DNA of 32,000 nucleotides from Wolbachia endosymbiont of Cimex lectularius (GTDB lineage Bacteria; Pseudomonadota; Alphaproteobacteria; Rickettsiales; Anaplasmataceae): NCBI RefSeq assembly GCF_000829315.1, contig NZ_AP013028.1, positions 1,050,001 to 1,082,000 of the forward strand, read 5' to 3'. Shown piece by piece: positions 1 to 10,028 of this stretch (position 1 is its first letter; each line of letters starts with the position of its first letter). The notes under the pieces were generated by a model. It saw only the letters and a program-made list of their open reading frames with translations, ran no database searches and was not told where the DNA came from. The position numbers and the translations under genes were made by a program.

Positions 1-870
1 GATGTAAATTTTTGCTGACTCAGGAGTAGGATTTACTGTATACTCTGCCTCTAGTACTGCAGAAGCTTTTCTGATTTTTCCAAGTTTAATATATAATTTC
101 GCCTTTAAATAATTGATAGGCTGAAAAGTTGCGCAATGATTTTGTGCTCTAAATAAAGACTTTATAGCTTCCTTATAATTCCCTTTACTTTCATATTGCT
201 TTGCTAAAGCGCAATAAAAAACTGCTAACATTTTTTTGCAATCAAAAGGAAGAAAAATATTGAACTTCGCAGCTTCCTTTAACTTCAAAATTGCGCAAGC
301 CCAATCTTCTTGTAATATGCAATGCTCTATTTGAAAGGGAATAGACAGAATTTTATCATTAACCGAACTTGAGCAATACTCTATGAATTTTTGAAAGATT
401 GCTCCTTCTTGTTTGAGATGGACAATTAGTTTATTGGCCAGAAGTAGAGCTAAGTTGCGATTTTTACTTGCAATGTTTGTTAAACCATTGCTGAAGAAGC
501 TGTAATTTCCCATCTTACCTGAGTTAAAGAGCTTTATTAAAGATAACTTATCGCTTTCCTCATTTAGATTTTTAACCAGCTTGTGAGCGTTCTCTGTATT
601 GCCCAAATCCATGCTAAAAAGAGCTTCAAAAAGAAGCAATTCTTCTTTATCCTTTCTTCTATTTCTTATGTTGGCAAATGTTGATGAAATGGAAGAACAA
701 AAGCGTGCAAGTATAATTAATAAAAACAATAAAAATACACAAGCAAAAATAATGAAATATAGATCAACACTTATAGTGTAACTGCCTAATTCTAATCTCA
801 TTACTTCACCGCTCACTTTGACCCATATGCCAAATAAAAAAGAGAGAGCGAAAACTATGAAGTAAATCAT
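1..870 (-). CDS. HemY-like TPR membrane protein, C-terminus outside window (partial)
   Basis: My translation of the minus strand from ATG at 870 gives an open frame MIYFIVFALSFLFGIWVKVSGEVMRLELGSYTISVDLYFIIFACVFLLFLLIILARF... running off the left edge. Two N-terminal TM segments and helical TPR-like sequence. Its ATG overlaps the upstream stop (ATGA). Not in the ORF track because it runs off the edge. Confidence 0.6.
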   Translation of the reverse strand, partial: MIYFIVFALSFLFGIWVKVSGEVMRLELGSYTISVDLYFIIFACVFLLFLLIILARFCSSISSTFANIRNRRKDKEELLLFEALFSMDLGNTENAHKLVKNLNEESDKLSLIKLFNSGKMGNYSFFSNGLTNIASKNRNLALLLANKLIVHLKQEGAIFQKFIEYCSSSVNDKILSIPFQIEHCILQEDWACAILKLKEAAKFNIFLPFDCKKMLAVFYCALAKQYESKGNYKEAIKSLFRAQNHCATFQPINYLKAKLYIKLGKIRKASAVLEAEYTVNPTPESAKIYI

Positions 871-1598
871 GAGATATATTGTAATAAGTGATGATATATT
901 ATTGAAATATTCTTAGAAGCTACAATAAAACCATTTAATTTACTGAGCCATGGTTTAAATTCTGGATGTGTTAAATCGCCTATTGTGGTAGCTATGCTCT
1001 GCCAATCATTATCGTTTATTGACTCCTCAATTTCTGCCAACTTTACTCTCAGTGGATCGTTTTTATCTTTTACCTTTATCCAGTTGGAAATGATTCTTTT
1101 AAAGAATGTACTCTTATTGTAGTCAATAACAGCAATGGTCTTTTCAAAAGATAACTTCAACTCATGTAAAGTATTTATCTCTTTTAAACTTTCCAATTCA
1201 CTCACTGCATTCTCTATCTCTGGGTCGTCAAGCTCCGATATTAAAGGCTTTATTGAATTTATATGATTATCAAATCTTGCTTCTTGTAATAACGAATTCT
1301 TCATTTTAATCACAAGTAGCAGCAATTTTGCAAGGTTCTTATGCCTTGAGCTACCATCACCTTGCTCACATTGAGTGTGCAGATTCCTCTTTAGTTCAAA
1401 CATCTTTTTTTCTATTCTAGATTGATTAACCTCAAGTAACATCTTGAGCTCATCTATGTTTTCCGTCAAAACCTTTATATTATCCTCGCTTTCTTGCTGA
1501 TTTATTTTTAAAAATACTATGTTATTTATTGTAATATAACTGACAAACAATAACACAATTAAGAACCAGCCTATGCATTTTTGCTGAGTATCATTCAT
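867..1598 (-). CDS. Mitofilin/HemX-like single-TM coiled-coil membrane protein
   Basis: ORF 867..1649; the internal ATG at 1598 (MNDTQQKCIGWFLIVLLF...) overlaps the lolC stop and is the more likely start. TM plus coiled coil, directly upstream of a hemY-like gene, matching alphaproteobacterial order. Confidence 0.5.
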   Translation of the reverse strand: MNDTQQKCIGWFLIVLLFVSYITINNIVFLKINQQESEDNIKVLTENIDELKMLLEVNQSRIEKKMFELKRNLHTQCEQGDGSSRHKNLAKLLLLVIKMKNSLLQEARFDNHINSIKPLISELDDPEIENAVSELESLKEINTLHELKLSFEKTIAVIDYNKSTFFKRIISNWIKVKDKNDPLRVKLAEIEESINDNDWQSIATTIGDLTHPEFKPWLSKLNGFIVASKNISIIYHHLLQYIS

Positions 1599-2820
1599 AC
1601 CGTAGTATCTCCGCAGGATCTTGCGCAGCTGCTTGTAATGCAGGAGCAATTGTTGCTAAAAATGACAGAAACAATGCAAGTGCAAAAATATTTACCACGT
1701 CTTGGGGAACTAATATCACTGGCAAGCTTGAAAAAAAGTATATCATAGGATCAAATAATTTAACGTTAGTGATGCTCTCTAAAAACACTCTAATATTTTC
1801 AATATTGAGAGAAAAAACAACACCTATAATACAGCCAAGACAAGTTCCTATAAAACCAATCAGTAGCCCACAAGTGCAAAATATGCGCATAATGCTTCCA
1901 GTTGTTGCACCAAATGTACGCATGATTGCAATTGCAGATTTCTTTTCTTGCACTATCATCATTAAATTTGAGACAATATTGAATGCTGCCACAATTATAA
2001 TCAAAGTGAGAATTAAAAACATCACATTTCTTTCAGTCTTTAAAGCATTAAAATAGTGGCTTTGTTGCAATTGCCAACTTTCAGCTTCCATTCCTGTCTC
2101 TTTTTCTATAGCATTTGCTAGCTCATTAGCCTTAGTAATGTCATCTACAAATACTTCTATATTTCTTATACTATCTTTATAATTAAAAAAAGCCTGTGCT
2201 GATTTTATGGGCATATACATTAAAGTATTATCATACTCAAACATACCCATATCAAATATTGCGACAACCTCATATTCTTTCATTCTCGGCATCTCATCAA
2301 ACAACGCATCAAATCCTTCAGGTGATATAAGCACAATTTTATTGTCACAGTCAATGTTCAAAGCTTCTGCTAATCGTGCTCCTATTATCACCCCTTCATC
2401 AAATTTTTCTACATTACCCACAATTACATTATTTGTAACAGTAGTATTATTAAATAAGTCTTTAACTGATACGCCTCGCACCACGCTACCTGTAATTTTA
2501 CCATTTGCTGCAATGATAACTTGGTCACTGGTCATAGGAGTTGCTTTCAATACACCTGGAATCTTCTCAATAGATTTTGATACTGCATGATAATCTGAAT
2601 TTATGTTTCTATCGAAATAAACATTAACATGGCCATCAATGCCAAGTATTGAGTCAAGCAATTTTGCTCTAAATCCGTTCATTACAGACATCACCACTAT
2701 TAGCGTTGCAACTCCAAGAGCAATGCCAATAATAGAAAACAAGGTCATGATAGAGCAAAACCTGGCATTTTTTGCTCGCAAGTAGCGAACAGCCATAGTA
2801 ACTTCAAAGGCAATGGACAT
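1591..2820 (-). CDS. lolC: Lipoprotein-releasing ABC transporter permease, LolC/LolE family
   Basis: 409 aa; MAVRYLRAKNARFCSIMTLFSIIGIALGVATLIVVMSVMNGFR N-terminus and FtsX-like C-terminal TM block. Confidence 0.88.
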   Translation of the reverse strand: MSIAFEVTMAVRYLRAKNARFCSIMTLFSIIGIALGVATLIVVMSVMNGFRAKLLDSILGIDGHVNVYFDRNINSDYHAVSKSIEKIPGVLKATPMTSDQVIIAANGKITGSVVRGVSVKDLFNNTTVTNNVIVGNVEKFDEGVIIGARLAEALNIDCDNKIVLISPEGFDALFDEMPRMKEYEVVAIFDMGMFEYDNTLMYMPIKSAQAFFNYKDSIRNIEVFVDDITKANELANAIEKETGMEAESWQLQQSHYFNALKTERNVMFLILTLIIIVAAFNIVSNLMMIVQEKKSAIAIMRTFGATTGSIMRIFCTCGLLIGFIGTCLGCIIGVVFSLNIENIRVFLESITNVKLFDPMIYFFSSLPVILVPQDVVNIFALALFLSFLATIAPALQAAAQDPAEILRYE

Positions 2821-2960
2821 TACAAAATATTTTGAAGTTAAACATTATACTCCTGAGATTTCATATGATTGTAGACTTTTCTTCACTTAAAAACTAGAGA
2901 TTTTTATTTCTTGAAATTTAAAATGCTTATAGAGCATCTCTAGATCCTGCTTACGATAGC

Positions 2961-3385
2961 TATAAGAAATTCACTGAAAAAAAGCAAAAGAAGCCCTGGT
3001 CGGTATTTATTTTTAGTATTGGCGTTTTTATGCCTTAAACGCTGAAATTTAGCTGCTTTTAAACGCAACTAGTCTAAGCTATAATATTTAAGAAATTTAC
3101 CAGGCAGAAAAAAAGGACAATAAAACCCCGAGGTAGCTAGTTATTCCACTCTCTATTTTAAAATCCGGCGTTGGGTGATGTCTTAAACGACTTATAAGCG
3201 CGTTTCAGCTTGTATGGGCAAAAACCCGAAGTTTTAAAAAGACATGCAGTGCACATAGTACGCCAAATACAAGTTTTCTTGTCATTTTAACCTGCACAGA
3301 TTGGGAAGTTAAACAAATAGCTTCAGTATCATTATAATGGGGTTGGAGGAATTTGTCAAGTAGTTTTTGCATTCTTGGTACACAC
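2961..3385. repeat. Interspersed repeat copy A
   Basis: Long inverted match to 15226..15580 (e.g. gccctggtcggtatttatttttagtattggcgtttttatgccttaaacgctg; aaaatccggcgttgggtgatgtcttaaacgacttataagcgcgtttcagcttgtatgggcaaaaacccgaagttttaaaaagacatgcagtgcac). Confidence 0.9.
3331..3359 (-). promoter_or_regulatory. Consensus sigma70-type promoter inside repeat copy A
   Basis: Minus strand TTGACA (3359-3354), 17-nt spacer, TATAAT (3336-3331), directed toward lolC. Confidence 0.6.
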
Positions 3386-3498
3386 TGCTCTTAAATCACA
3401 AGTTAAAAAGTTAAGATAAAGGTATAAAAATATGAGTTTTGTTTTGACTTTTTGTGCTAATTTTGCAGAATATTGAAATTATCACTTGGATTGAATGC

Positions 3499-4929
3499 AT
3501 GACAAAAGAGAATTGGGAGGCGGTAATTGGGCTTGAGGTGCACGCTCAGGTTTCTTCTAAGACAAAGCTATTTTCTAGTGCACCAACTGAATTTGGTGCT
3601 GAGCATAATACTCAAGTTTCTCTGGTTGACGCGGCAATGCCGGGCACATTGCCAATACTAAATTACTACTCTATAGAGCAGGCAATACGCACCGGTCTCG
3701 CGCTTTCTGCGGAAATTAATAAGTGTTCTTATTTCAACCGGAAAAATTATTTTTATCCTGATTTACCGCAAGGTTATCAGATAACTCAGTTCTTTGAGCC
3801 GATAGTTAGGAACGGTAGAGTGTTTATCAATAATAATGAAAAAGAAATAAGAATTGCGAGAATTCATCTAGAGCAAGATGCAGGAAAGAGTGTCCATGAA
3901 GAGAGCAAAACTTATGTGGATTTAAACCGCGCAGGGGTTGCTTTAATGGAAATTGTTTCGAAACCGGACCTTCGGTCATCTGCAGAAGCTGCAGAATTCA
4001 TGAAAAAATTGAGGCAGATTTTACGTTATATTGGCTCATGTGATGGTGATATGGAAAAGGGATCACTTCGTTGTGATGCGAATGTTTCTGTGCACCCAAA
4101 AGGCAGCAACACATTTGGCACTCGTTGTGAAATAAAAAACCTAAATTCAATACGTTACATTACGCAGGCTATAGATTATGAAATACAAAGGCAGATTGAA
4201 ATTTTGGAAAGTGGAGGAGAAATAAGTCAAGATACCTTATTGTTTGATGTCACTTCGGGAAAAACAAAAGTGATGCGAAACAAAGAGGATGCAAGCGATT
4301 ACAGATATTTTCCTGAACCTGATTTGTTGCCTGTTGAAGTAAGCCAGGACAAAATTGATCTGATTAAGTCATCTTTGCCTGAGTTGCCAGACCAAAAGAA
4401 GCTGCGATACATTAAAGAGTTAGATATCAACGAATACGATGTAGAAGTCATCACTTCCGATAAAGCAGTTGCTGATTATTTTGAAGAATTGATAAAAAAG
4501 CACGATTCAAAGCTCGCTGTTACTTGGCTCACTGTAGAACTTTTTGGTCGTTTGAATAAAGCAGGTATTGATATTGTAAGCTCTCCGATCAAAGCAAACG
4601 CCTTGTCCGAGCTCTTGGATTTTATCGTTGATGGGACAATCTCTGCTAAACTTGGCAAGCAAGTTTTTGATATTATGTTTGAAACTGGCAAATCGGCATC
4701 TTTAATTATAGAAGAGCAGGATCTAAAACAAATAACCGATAAAGGTCAAATATCTGAAGTTATCGACAAAATCATCAATAACAACCAAGATAAAGTTCAA
4801 GAATACAAAAGCGGTAAAACAAAATTATACGGATTCTTTGTTGGCGAAGTCATGAAACTTACAAAAGGAAAAGCTAGCCCTGATGTTGTGAATTTGATTT
4901 TAAGTGAAAAGTTAAGATTGAATTCCTAA
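3499..4929 (+). CDS. gatB: Asp-tRNA(Asn)/Glu-tRNA(Gln) amidotransferase subunit B
   Basis: [35 protein letters not shown] and [11 protein letters not shown] motifs. ATG at 3499 preferred over the upstream start at 3454. Confidence 0.97.
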   Translation: MTKENWEAVIGLEVHAQVSSKTKLFSSAPTEFGAEHNTQVSLVDAAMPGTLPILNYYSIEQAIRTGLALSAEINKCSYFNRKNYFYPDLPQGYQITQFFEPIVRNGRVFINNNEKEIRIARIHLEQDAGKSVHEESKTYVDLNRAGVALMEIVSKPDLRSSAEAAEFMKKLRQILRYIGSCDGDMEKGSLRCDANVSVHPKGSNTFGTRCEIKNLNSIRYITQAIDYEIQRQIEILESGGEISQDTLLFDVTSGKTKVMRNKEDASDYRYFPEPDLLPVEVSQDKIDLIKSSLPELPDQKKLRYIKELDINEYDVEVITSDKAVADYFEELIKKHDSKLAVTWLTVELFGRLNKAGIDIVSSPIKANALSELLDFIVDGTISAKLGKQVFDIMFETGKSASLIIEEQDLKQITDKGQISEVIDKIINNNQDKVQEYKSGKTKLYGFFVGEVMKLTKGKASPDVVNLILSEKLRLNS

Positions 4930-4945
4930 ATTTTATCTCACTGGA

Positions 4946-4965
4946 GGGGCAAAAAACTTTGCCCC
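4946..4965. terminator. Hairpin between convergent gatB and rho
   Basis: Perfect 8-bp stem GGGGCAAA-AAAC-TTTGCCCC between two convergent stops; no strong T-tract follows. Confidence 0.5.
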
Positions 4966-4977
4966 TGACGTTGACAT

Positions 4978-6393
4978 TTAATTGTTCATGGAGTTAAAAA
5001 AGTCAGCATTACTCTTTGTTAAAAGCAATTTATCACGTAAAAACTCCATTGCTTCAACAGATCCCATAGGATTAAGTATCCTACGCAACACCCATATTTT
5101 ATTCAATATAGCCTTATCAATTAATAGCTCCTCTTTTCTAGTTCCAGATTTTGTAATATCAATAGCTGGAAATATTCGCTTATCGGCAAGTTTTCTATCA
5201 AGTATAACCTCAGCATTACCTGTACCTTTAAACTCTTCAAAAATAACTTCATCCATTTTTGAACCAGTTTCTACAAGAGCAGTAGCAATTATTGTCAAAG
5301 AACCACCATTTTCAATGTTGCGGGCTGCTCCAAAAAAACGTTTTGGTCTCTGTAGCGCGTTTGAATCTACACCACCAGTTAGAACTTTTCCAGACGAAGG
5401 AATGACTGCATTATAAGCACGTGCAAGACGGGTTATAGAGTCGAGCAGAATTACAACATTTTTTTTATGCTCAACCATTCTTTTAGCTTTTTCTATTACT
5501 ATTTCAGCAAGCTGTACATGGCGGTAAGCAGGCTCATCGAATGTGGAACTCACTACCTCGCCCTTTACAGAACGCATCATATCTGTCACTTCTTCAGGTC
5601 TTTCATCTATAAGCAATACTATTAATTCTATTTCTGGATGATTTGTAGCTATAGAATGAGCCATTTGCTGGAGCAATATCGTTTTTCCTGTGCGGGGTGG
5701 AGCAACTATTAATGCTCTTTGTCCTTTGCCAAGAGGCGCGACTATATCCGCAGCTCGCATACTTATATCTTTTTTATTATCTACACCGCTGTTGTTTTCA
5801 AGAATCAACCTTTCTTCGGGGTAAAGAGGAAGCAAGTTGTCAAAGTGGACGTATTTTCTCAGCTCACTTACCTCAGTAGAGTTTATACTTTGAACCTTAG
5901 TTAAAGTAAAATATCTTTCCTTATCACTAGGTGGTCTGATTTCCCCACATACCATGTCCCCTGTACGCAAATTGAACTTTTTTATCTGTCCATTGGAAAT
6001 ATACACATCGTCAATACTCGGAGCATAATTAGCACTTGCTGAGCGTAAAAAACCGAAACCATCAGGTAATATTTCAACTATTCCGCTTCCTGTAGTAATG
6101 CCTCCTTCTTCGCTCATTTTCTTCATTAAGCTGAATATCATCTCCTGTTTCAGCATTCTGCCATTACCTTTACCATTAGTTGAAATTTTCCTTTCTTCAG
6201 CTAGATCTAATAATTCTTCTGCTGTTTTTTTTCTCAGTTCACTCAGATCTAGTGCTTTTCGGTTTTCTTTTATACCTTCATTTGTTGTTTGTTTTACCAT
6301 ATCGTTATTGGAAATTTGCTCACTTGTTTTTGCTGATTCTAATTCAGCTGCAATCTTTTCTTTTGCTAAAACATCTTCATTGATTGTTACCAT
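4978..6393 (-). CDS. rho: Transcription termination factor Rho
   Basis: 471 aa; [53 protein letters not shown]. Confidence 0.97.
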   Translation of the reverse strand: MVTINEDVLAKEKIAAELESAKTSEQISNNDMVKQTTNEGIKENRKALDLSELRKKTAEELLDLAEERKISTNGKGNGRMLKQEMIFSLMKKMSEEGGITTGSGIVEILPDGFGFLRSASANYAPSIDDVYISNGQIKKFNLRTGDMVCGEIRPPSDKERYFTLTKVQSINSTEVSELRKYVHFDNLLPLYPEERLILENNSGVDNKKDISMRAADIVAPLGKGQRALIVAPPRTGKTILLQQMAHSIATNHPEIELIVLLIDERPEEVTDMMRSVKGEVVSSTFDEPAYRHVQLAEIVIEKAKRMVEHKKNVVILLDSITRLARAYNAVIPSSGKVLTGGVDSNALQRPKRFFGAARNIENGGSLTIIATALVETGSKMDEVIFEEFKGTGNAEVILDRKLADKRIFPAIDITKSGTRKEELLIDKAILNKIWVLRRILNPMGSVEAMEFLRDKLLLTKSNADFFNSMNN

Positions 6394-6519
6394 AGTCCTC
6401 CAAAAATTTTAATTGATGCTTACTAACCTAAAATGTGACTACAAGATAATAAATTAGGCTAAACTAATCTTTAGGAAGTATTAAACTCAATTGCTATTAA
6501 GCTACATACTTTACCTACC

Positions 6520-6547
6520 ATTATACCAGTAAACACTGACAAGTCAA
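6520..6547 (-). promoter_or_regulatory. Putative rho promoter
   Basis: Minus strand TTGACT-N16-TATAAT about 130 nt upstream of the rho ATG. Confidence 0.5.
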
Positions 6548-6593
6548 GTTAATATTAACAAGATATGAAAATAGATAAATAATTTGAGAGACT

Positions 6594-7184
6594 TTAATAA
6601 TTTTCCTTTATGTTTCTCAACCTTTCTTGTTTCTCTTCTTTTATTTTTGCTTTTTCTATTTCTATTTCTAAATTTTCTTGACTGCATAGACCGAGCAGTA
6701 CAGGATCTTGAGGTTTTATATTTTGCATATTATAGTGAGACCCATCCCTTACCTGCTCCACTGTACAATTTGTTGTACTAATCAATTTAGCTATAACGTT
6801 GTTGTCCAAAATAGGAAACTTTTTTATTAAATAATAAATCGCATCAGGTTTATCTCTACGCCTTGCCGGAGAAGCAAGGCCGGAAGTGTTACCAATTGAT
6901 TTACTCCTTTTTTTTGCATTTTTTGCAATCAAACTTGGGATACGATTTGGATTTTTTTTACAGTTATCAATTTCTTTTTCAGTTATTATCCCAGAAATAA
7001 TAGGATTAAATCTTTCAACATCTATTTCCTCATCAGCTATATTTTGCACTTCTTCAAGAGCTAACTTACAACATTGCGCTATTTGATTAAAAGTTAAAGC
7101 AGTATTGTCTATTAGCCAAGCAGCAATTTGCATAAGAAATTGTTTATTTTTATCATTGCCCTTAGAAAGTTCTGTTGACATCAA
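6594..7184 (-). CDS. trcR: DUF1013 / TrcR-like cell-cycle transcriptional regulator
   Basis: 196 aa; LIDNTALTFNQIAQCCKLALEEVQNIADEE...F.PI.SG.ITEKEIDNCKKNPNRIPSL architecture. Confidence 0.75.
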   Translation of the reverse strand: MMSTELSKGNDKNKQFLMQIAAWLIDNTALTFNQIAQCCKLALEEVQNIADEEIDVERFNPIISGIITEKEIDNCKKNPNRIPSLIAKNAKKRSKSIGNTSGLASPARRRDKPDAIYYLIKKFPILDNNVIAKLISTTNCTVEQVRDGSHYNMQNIKPQDPVLLGLCSQENLEIEIEKAKIKEEKQERLRNIKENY

Positions 7185-7561
7185 AAAGCATCTCCCATTT
7201 AAAATATTCGTTGTCGTTATTTAGAGCTAGAATATAAGCCATTAAAATTAAAAAAGCATTAATTTTGTCACTAAATAGATCTCTTGCATTATGGTAGGGA
7301 GTTCTTAGGAGAAACACAGATGAGCACTGCAAAATGCTTAACGCTGGAATCTAATGTCACTTTATAATGGTGTCTCCAAGTAGCCCCTTTTCCTGTCCTT
7401 CCAGTGCCCCTTTTTTGTCCTCCAAACACTCTTTTTTGTCATTCCAGTTTTCCATAAAACGGTGCGTTTCAACATAACTTTTATACTCACCTACTCGATA
7501 AAATTCCTGGATTCCAGCGTCACGCGCTTGAATGACACCCTTCACAGGCTTGTGAATTGCT

Positions 7562-7885
7562 TTAGCTATAAATATTAAGAAATTTACTAAGCAGAAAAAA
7601 AAGGCAAAAGAAACCCAGAGCAGCTAGTATTCAAATTCTCCCTTGTTCTATTTGACGTTCTATACTGTCTTAAACGACTTATAAGCGCATTTCAGCTTGT
7701 ATAGGTAAAAACCAGAAGTTTTAAAAAGACGTGAGGTGCACATAGTGCAAAAATTTAAACATGAGACGCCAAATACAAAGTTTCCTTTGTCATTTTAATC
7801 TGCAGATTGCGAAATTAAATGAATAACTCCATATCATTATAATGGGGTTGGTGAGATTTGTCAAGTAGTTTTTTTTGTTTCTATG
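7562..7885. repeat. Interspersed repeat copy C (diverged)
   Basis: Shares agctataaatattaagaaatttac, cttaaacgacttataagcgcatttcagcttgtat, cgccaaatacaa and atcattataatggggttgg...tttgtcaagtag with copy A, at lower identity. Confidence 0.8.
7836..7864 (-). promoter_or_regulatory. Consensus sigma70-type promoter inside repeat copy C
   Basis: Minus strand TTGACA-N17-TATAAT directed toward trcR. Confidence 0.55.
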
Positions 7886-8036
7886 TTAGCTGCTTGCGTG
7901 ATATCCTTCTTGTAGACTTATGCTCGTGTAGTGCATAATTTGGTGTTGACTATATCTACAATGAAGCTCCCTAAAAACACTTTGTAATGGGTCAATTTCC
8001 GAGTATAAAGCAGAAATATCGCTATAATAACAAAGT

Positions 8037-8774
8037 ATGCTAATTAGGAACTTAATAAGGCAAGCTACTAAAGTAGGGAATAGTGAAAATACCACACGGT
8101 ATATAGAGTATCTCTACCAATTTGAGAAGTTTAGGAACACATTAAACCTTACTTTGTCGCTAATAAAGCAAAATAGGCTCTTGTTTGAAGTATATCGAGA
8201 GGGATTAGTGGATATGGAAGAAGGGATGTGTAAGACAATTCAATCTTCCAGTACAAACAGGTACGTTATTGTACTGAGAAGGTCAAATCCGTACATTATA
8301 GTACATGAACTTTCACATATGGTTGAAAATGAGCTGAACCTGAAGCTAGAGCAGGAGTTTCTCCATAAAGTCTATCAGGATATTGAACAGAACCTAAAGC
8401 AAGCAAATATTCTTGTACAGAGAATTATCGGTCAAGTTATATTTAAGGAGATACAAGCTTATCAGACTGCAAAATCACGCGCATCGGAATTATTTGCACG
8501 CTATTTTGAGCTATTTGCTTGGGCGCAAGAGGTTTACCCTAAAGATAAAGAGTACTTAATTCGCACTCAGGATTTAAACAGGGTATTCCTTGCTACTGAC
8601 CAATGGAAAAAGAGTTGCCTGGACCCACAAATAATGGACAGAATAGATAAGGAAATAAAGGAATACAGTAATAAAACTGCCATTCAAGACGTGACCAAGG
8701 TGAAGAGTAGCTGGACTGGTAAGTTTTCTCCTGGGGGCAAAAAAATTAGCTCTATCTTTGGAGATGATGATTAA
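8037..8774 (+). CDS. Hypothetical protein with HExxH (putative zincin metallopeptidase)
   Basis: 245 aa; YIIVHELSHMVENEL at residues 90-94 (HELSH), with a later acidic motif ASELFARYFELF that could supply the third zinc ligand. Confidence 0.55.
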   Translation: MLIRNLIRQATKVGNSENTTRYIEYLYQFEKFRNTLNLTLSLIKQNRLLFEVYREGLVDMEEGMCKTIQSSSTNRYVIVLRRSNPYIIVHELSHMVENELNLKLEQEFLHKVYQDIEQNLKQANILVQRIIGQVIFKEIQAYQTAKSRASELFARYFELFAWAQEVYPKDKEYLIRTQDLNRVFLATDQWKKSCLDPQIMDRIDKEIKEYSNKTAIQDVTKVKSSWTGKFSPGGKKISSIFGDDD

Positions 8775-8845
8775 CTTAGCAGAATATAGTTAACTTTCAC
8801 GGCATTTTAGAGTATAGTTTTTATAATTAAAATGTTCGAATATAC

Positions 8846-9853
8846 GTGAAAACTATCCTAGCTGTTGAAACAAGCTGCGATGAAACTGCAGCAGCAATTG
8901 TAAATAGTGATAAGCAAGTCCTTGCCCACGAGATTCTTTCTCAAACAGAACACAAAAAATGCGGTGGGGTGATCCCTGAAATAGCGTCACGCGCTCACAT
9001 GGAGAATTTAAGCGGTCTAATAAAAAGCGCTATAGAAAAATCTAACCTTAATTTTTGTGATCTGGATGCGATTGCAGCAACATCAGGACCAGGGCTCATA
9101 GGTGGATTAATAGTTGGCACAATGATGGCCAAAGCAATTACACATGTAGCACAAAAACCATTCATTGCAGTTAATCATTTGGAAGCACATGCGCTGGTTA
9201 TCAGGTTACTATATGAAGTCAAATTTCCGTTTTTAGTCCTATTGATATCAGGCGGTCATTGCCAATTTTTAATCGCACAGGATGTGGGTAAATACATTAA
9301 ACTTGGAGAAACGCTGGACGATTCGTTGGGTGAAGCGTTTGACAAAGTTGCTAAGATGCTGGGTTTAAGCTATCCGGGAGGTCCATTAATTGAAAGATTA
9401 GCTAAAAAAGGTGATGGTACAAGATTTAAACTTCCAAGGGCGATGAAAAAACGTCCTGGATGTGATCTTTCGTTTTCTGGAATCAAAACAGCAGTAAAAA
9501 ACTTAGTGCAAGAACTTGAAATGAGCGAGCAAGATGTGTGTGATGTATGTGCTTCATTTCAAGAGTGTGTTAGCGATATACTACTCGATAGAGTCAAAAA
9601 TGCGGTTAATATAGCTGCATCTTTAAATATCAAAATCAATGATTTTGTAATTACTGGCGGGGTTGCAGCAAATAATTTCCTGAGAGAAAAATTAAAGAAA
9701 CACATAAACTTGAACGTATTTTTTCCTCCAAGCAACCTATGTACAGACAATGCAGTAATGGTTGGGTGGACAGGCATCGAAAAATTACAGAAGAGTTATA
9801 TGGATTCACTTAATTTTACACCAAGGCCAAAGTGGGAATTGGAAAGTTATTAA
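8846..9853 (+). CDS. tsaD: tRNA N6-adenosine threonylcarbamoyltransferase
   Basis: MKTILAVETSCDETAAAIV, GVIPEIASRAHMENL, LISGGHCQFLI, GPGLIGGLIVG; 335 aa. Confidence 0.97.
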   Translation: MKTILAVETSCDETAAAIVNSDKQVLAHEILSQTEHKKCGGVIPEIASRAHMENLSGLIKSAIEKSNLNFCDLDAIAATSGPGLIGGLIVGTMMAKAITHVAQKPFIAVNHLEAHALVIRLLYEVKFPFLVLLISGGHCQFLIAQDVGKYIKLGETLDDSLGEAFDKVAKMLGLSYPGGPLIERLAKKGDGTRFKLPRAMKKRPGCDLSFSGIKTAVKNLVQELEMSEQDVCDVCASFQECVSDILLDRVKNAVNIAASLNIKINDFVITGGVAANNFLREKLKKHINLNVFFPPSNLCTDNAVMVGWTGIEKLQKSYMDSLNFTPRPKWELESY

Positions 9854-9879
9854 GGACTCTTCATTCTGAATTAGGTAGT

Positions 9880-9897
9880 AAAGAAAGCTATTTCTTT
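9880..9897. terminator. Weak candidate terminator after tsaD
   Basis: AAAGAAA-GCTA-TTTCTTT stem; AT-rich and weak. Confidence 0.25.
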
Positions 9898-10028
9898 TTG
9901 CCATTGTTTATATTTTCTATTTATGTATATTAATATTTTATTATATCAACTTAAAGCTAGTAGCTGCTGTTAATATTTTTACAATAAAAATTGTATATGG
10001 TGCATGTAATCAAGTTAAAAGGAAGATT

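Noticed and set aside
599-781. 60-aa plus-strand ORF
   Set aside because: Lies antisense within the hemY-like frame I translated to the left edge; low complexity and no start-region signal.
1769-2590. Plus-strand ORFs of 95 and 127 aa
   Set aside because: Antisense shadows of the lolC/E permease gene.
4982-6412. Plus-strand ORFs opposite rho (144, 60, 61, 104, 67 aa)
   Set aside because: Antisense to the strongly supported rho CDS; compositions look like reversed coding sequence.
7357-7545. 62-aa minus-strand ORF
   Set aside because: Falls in degenerate repeat sequence (VIQARDAGIQ is a translated small palindromic repeat); not a credible gene.
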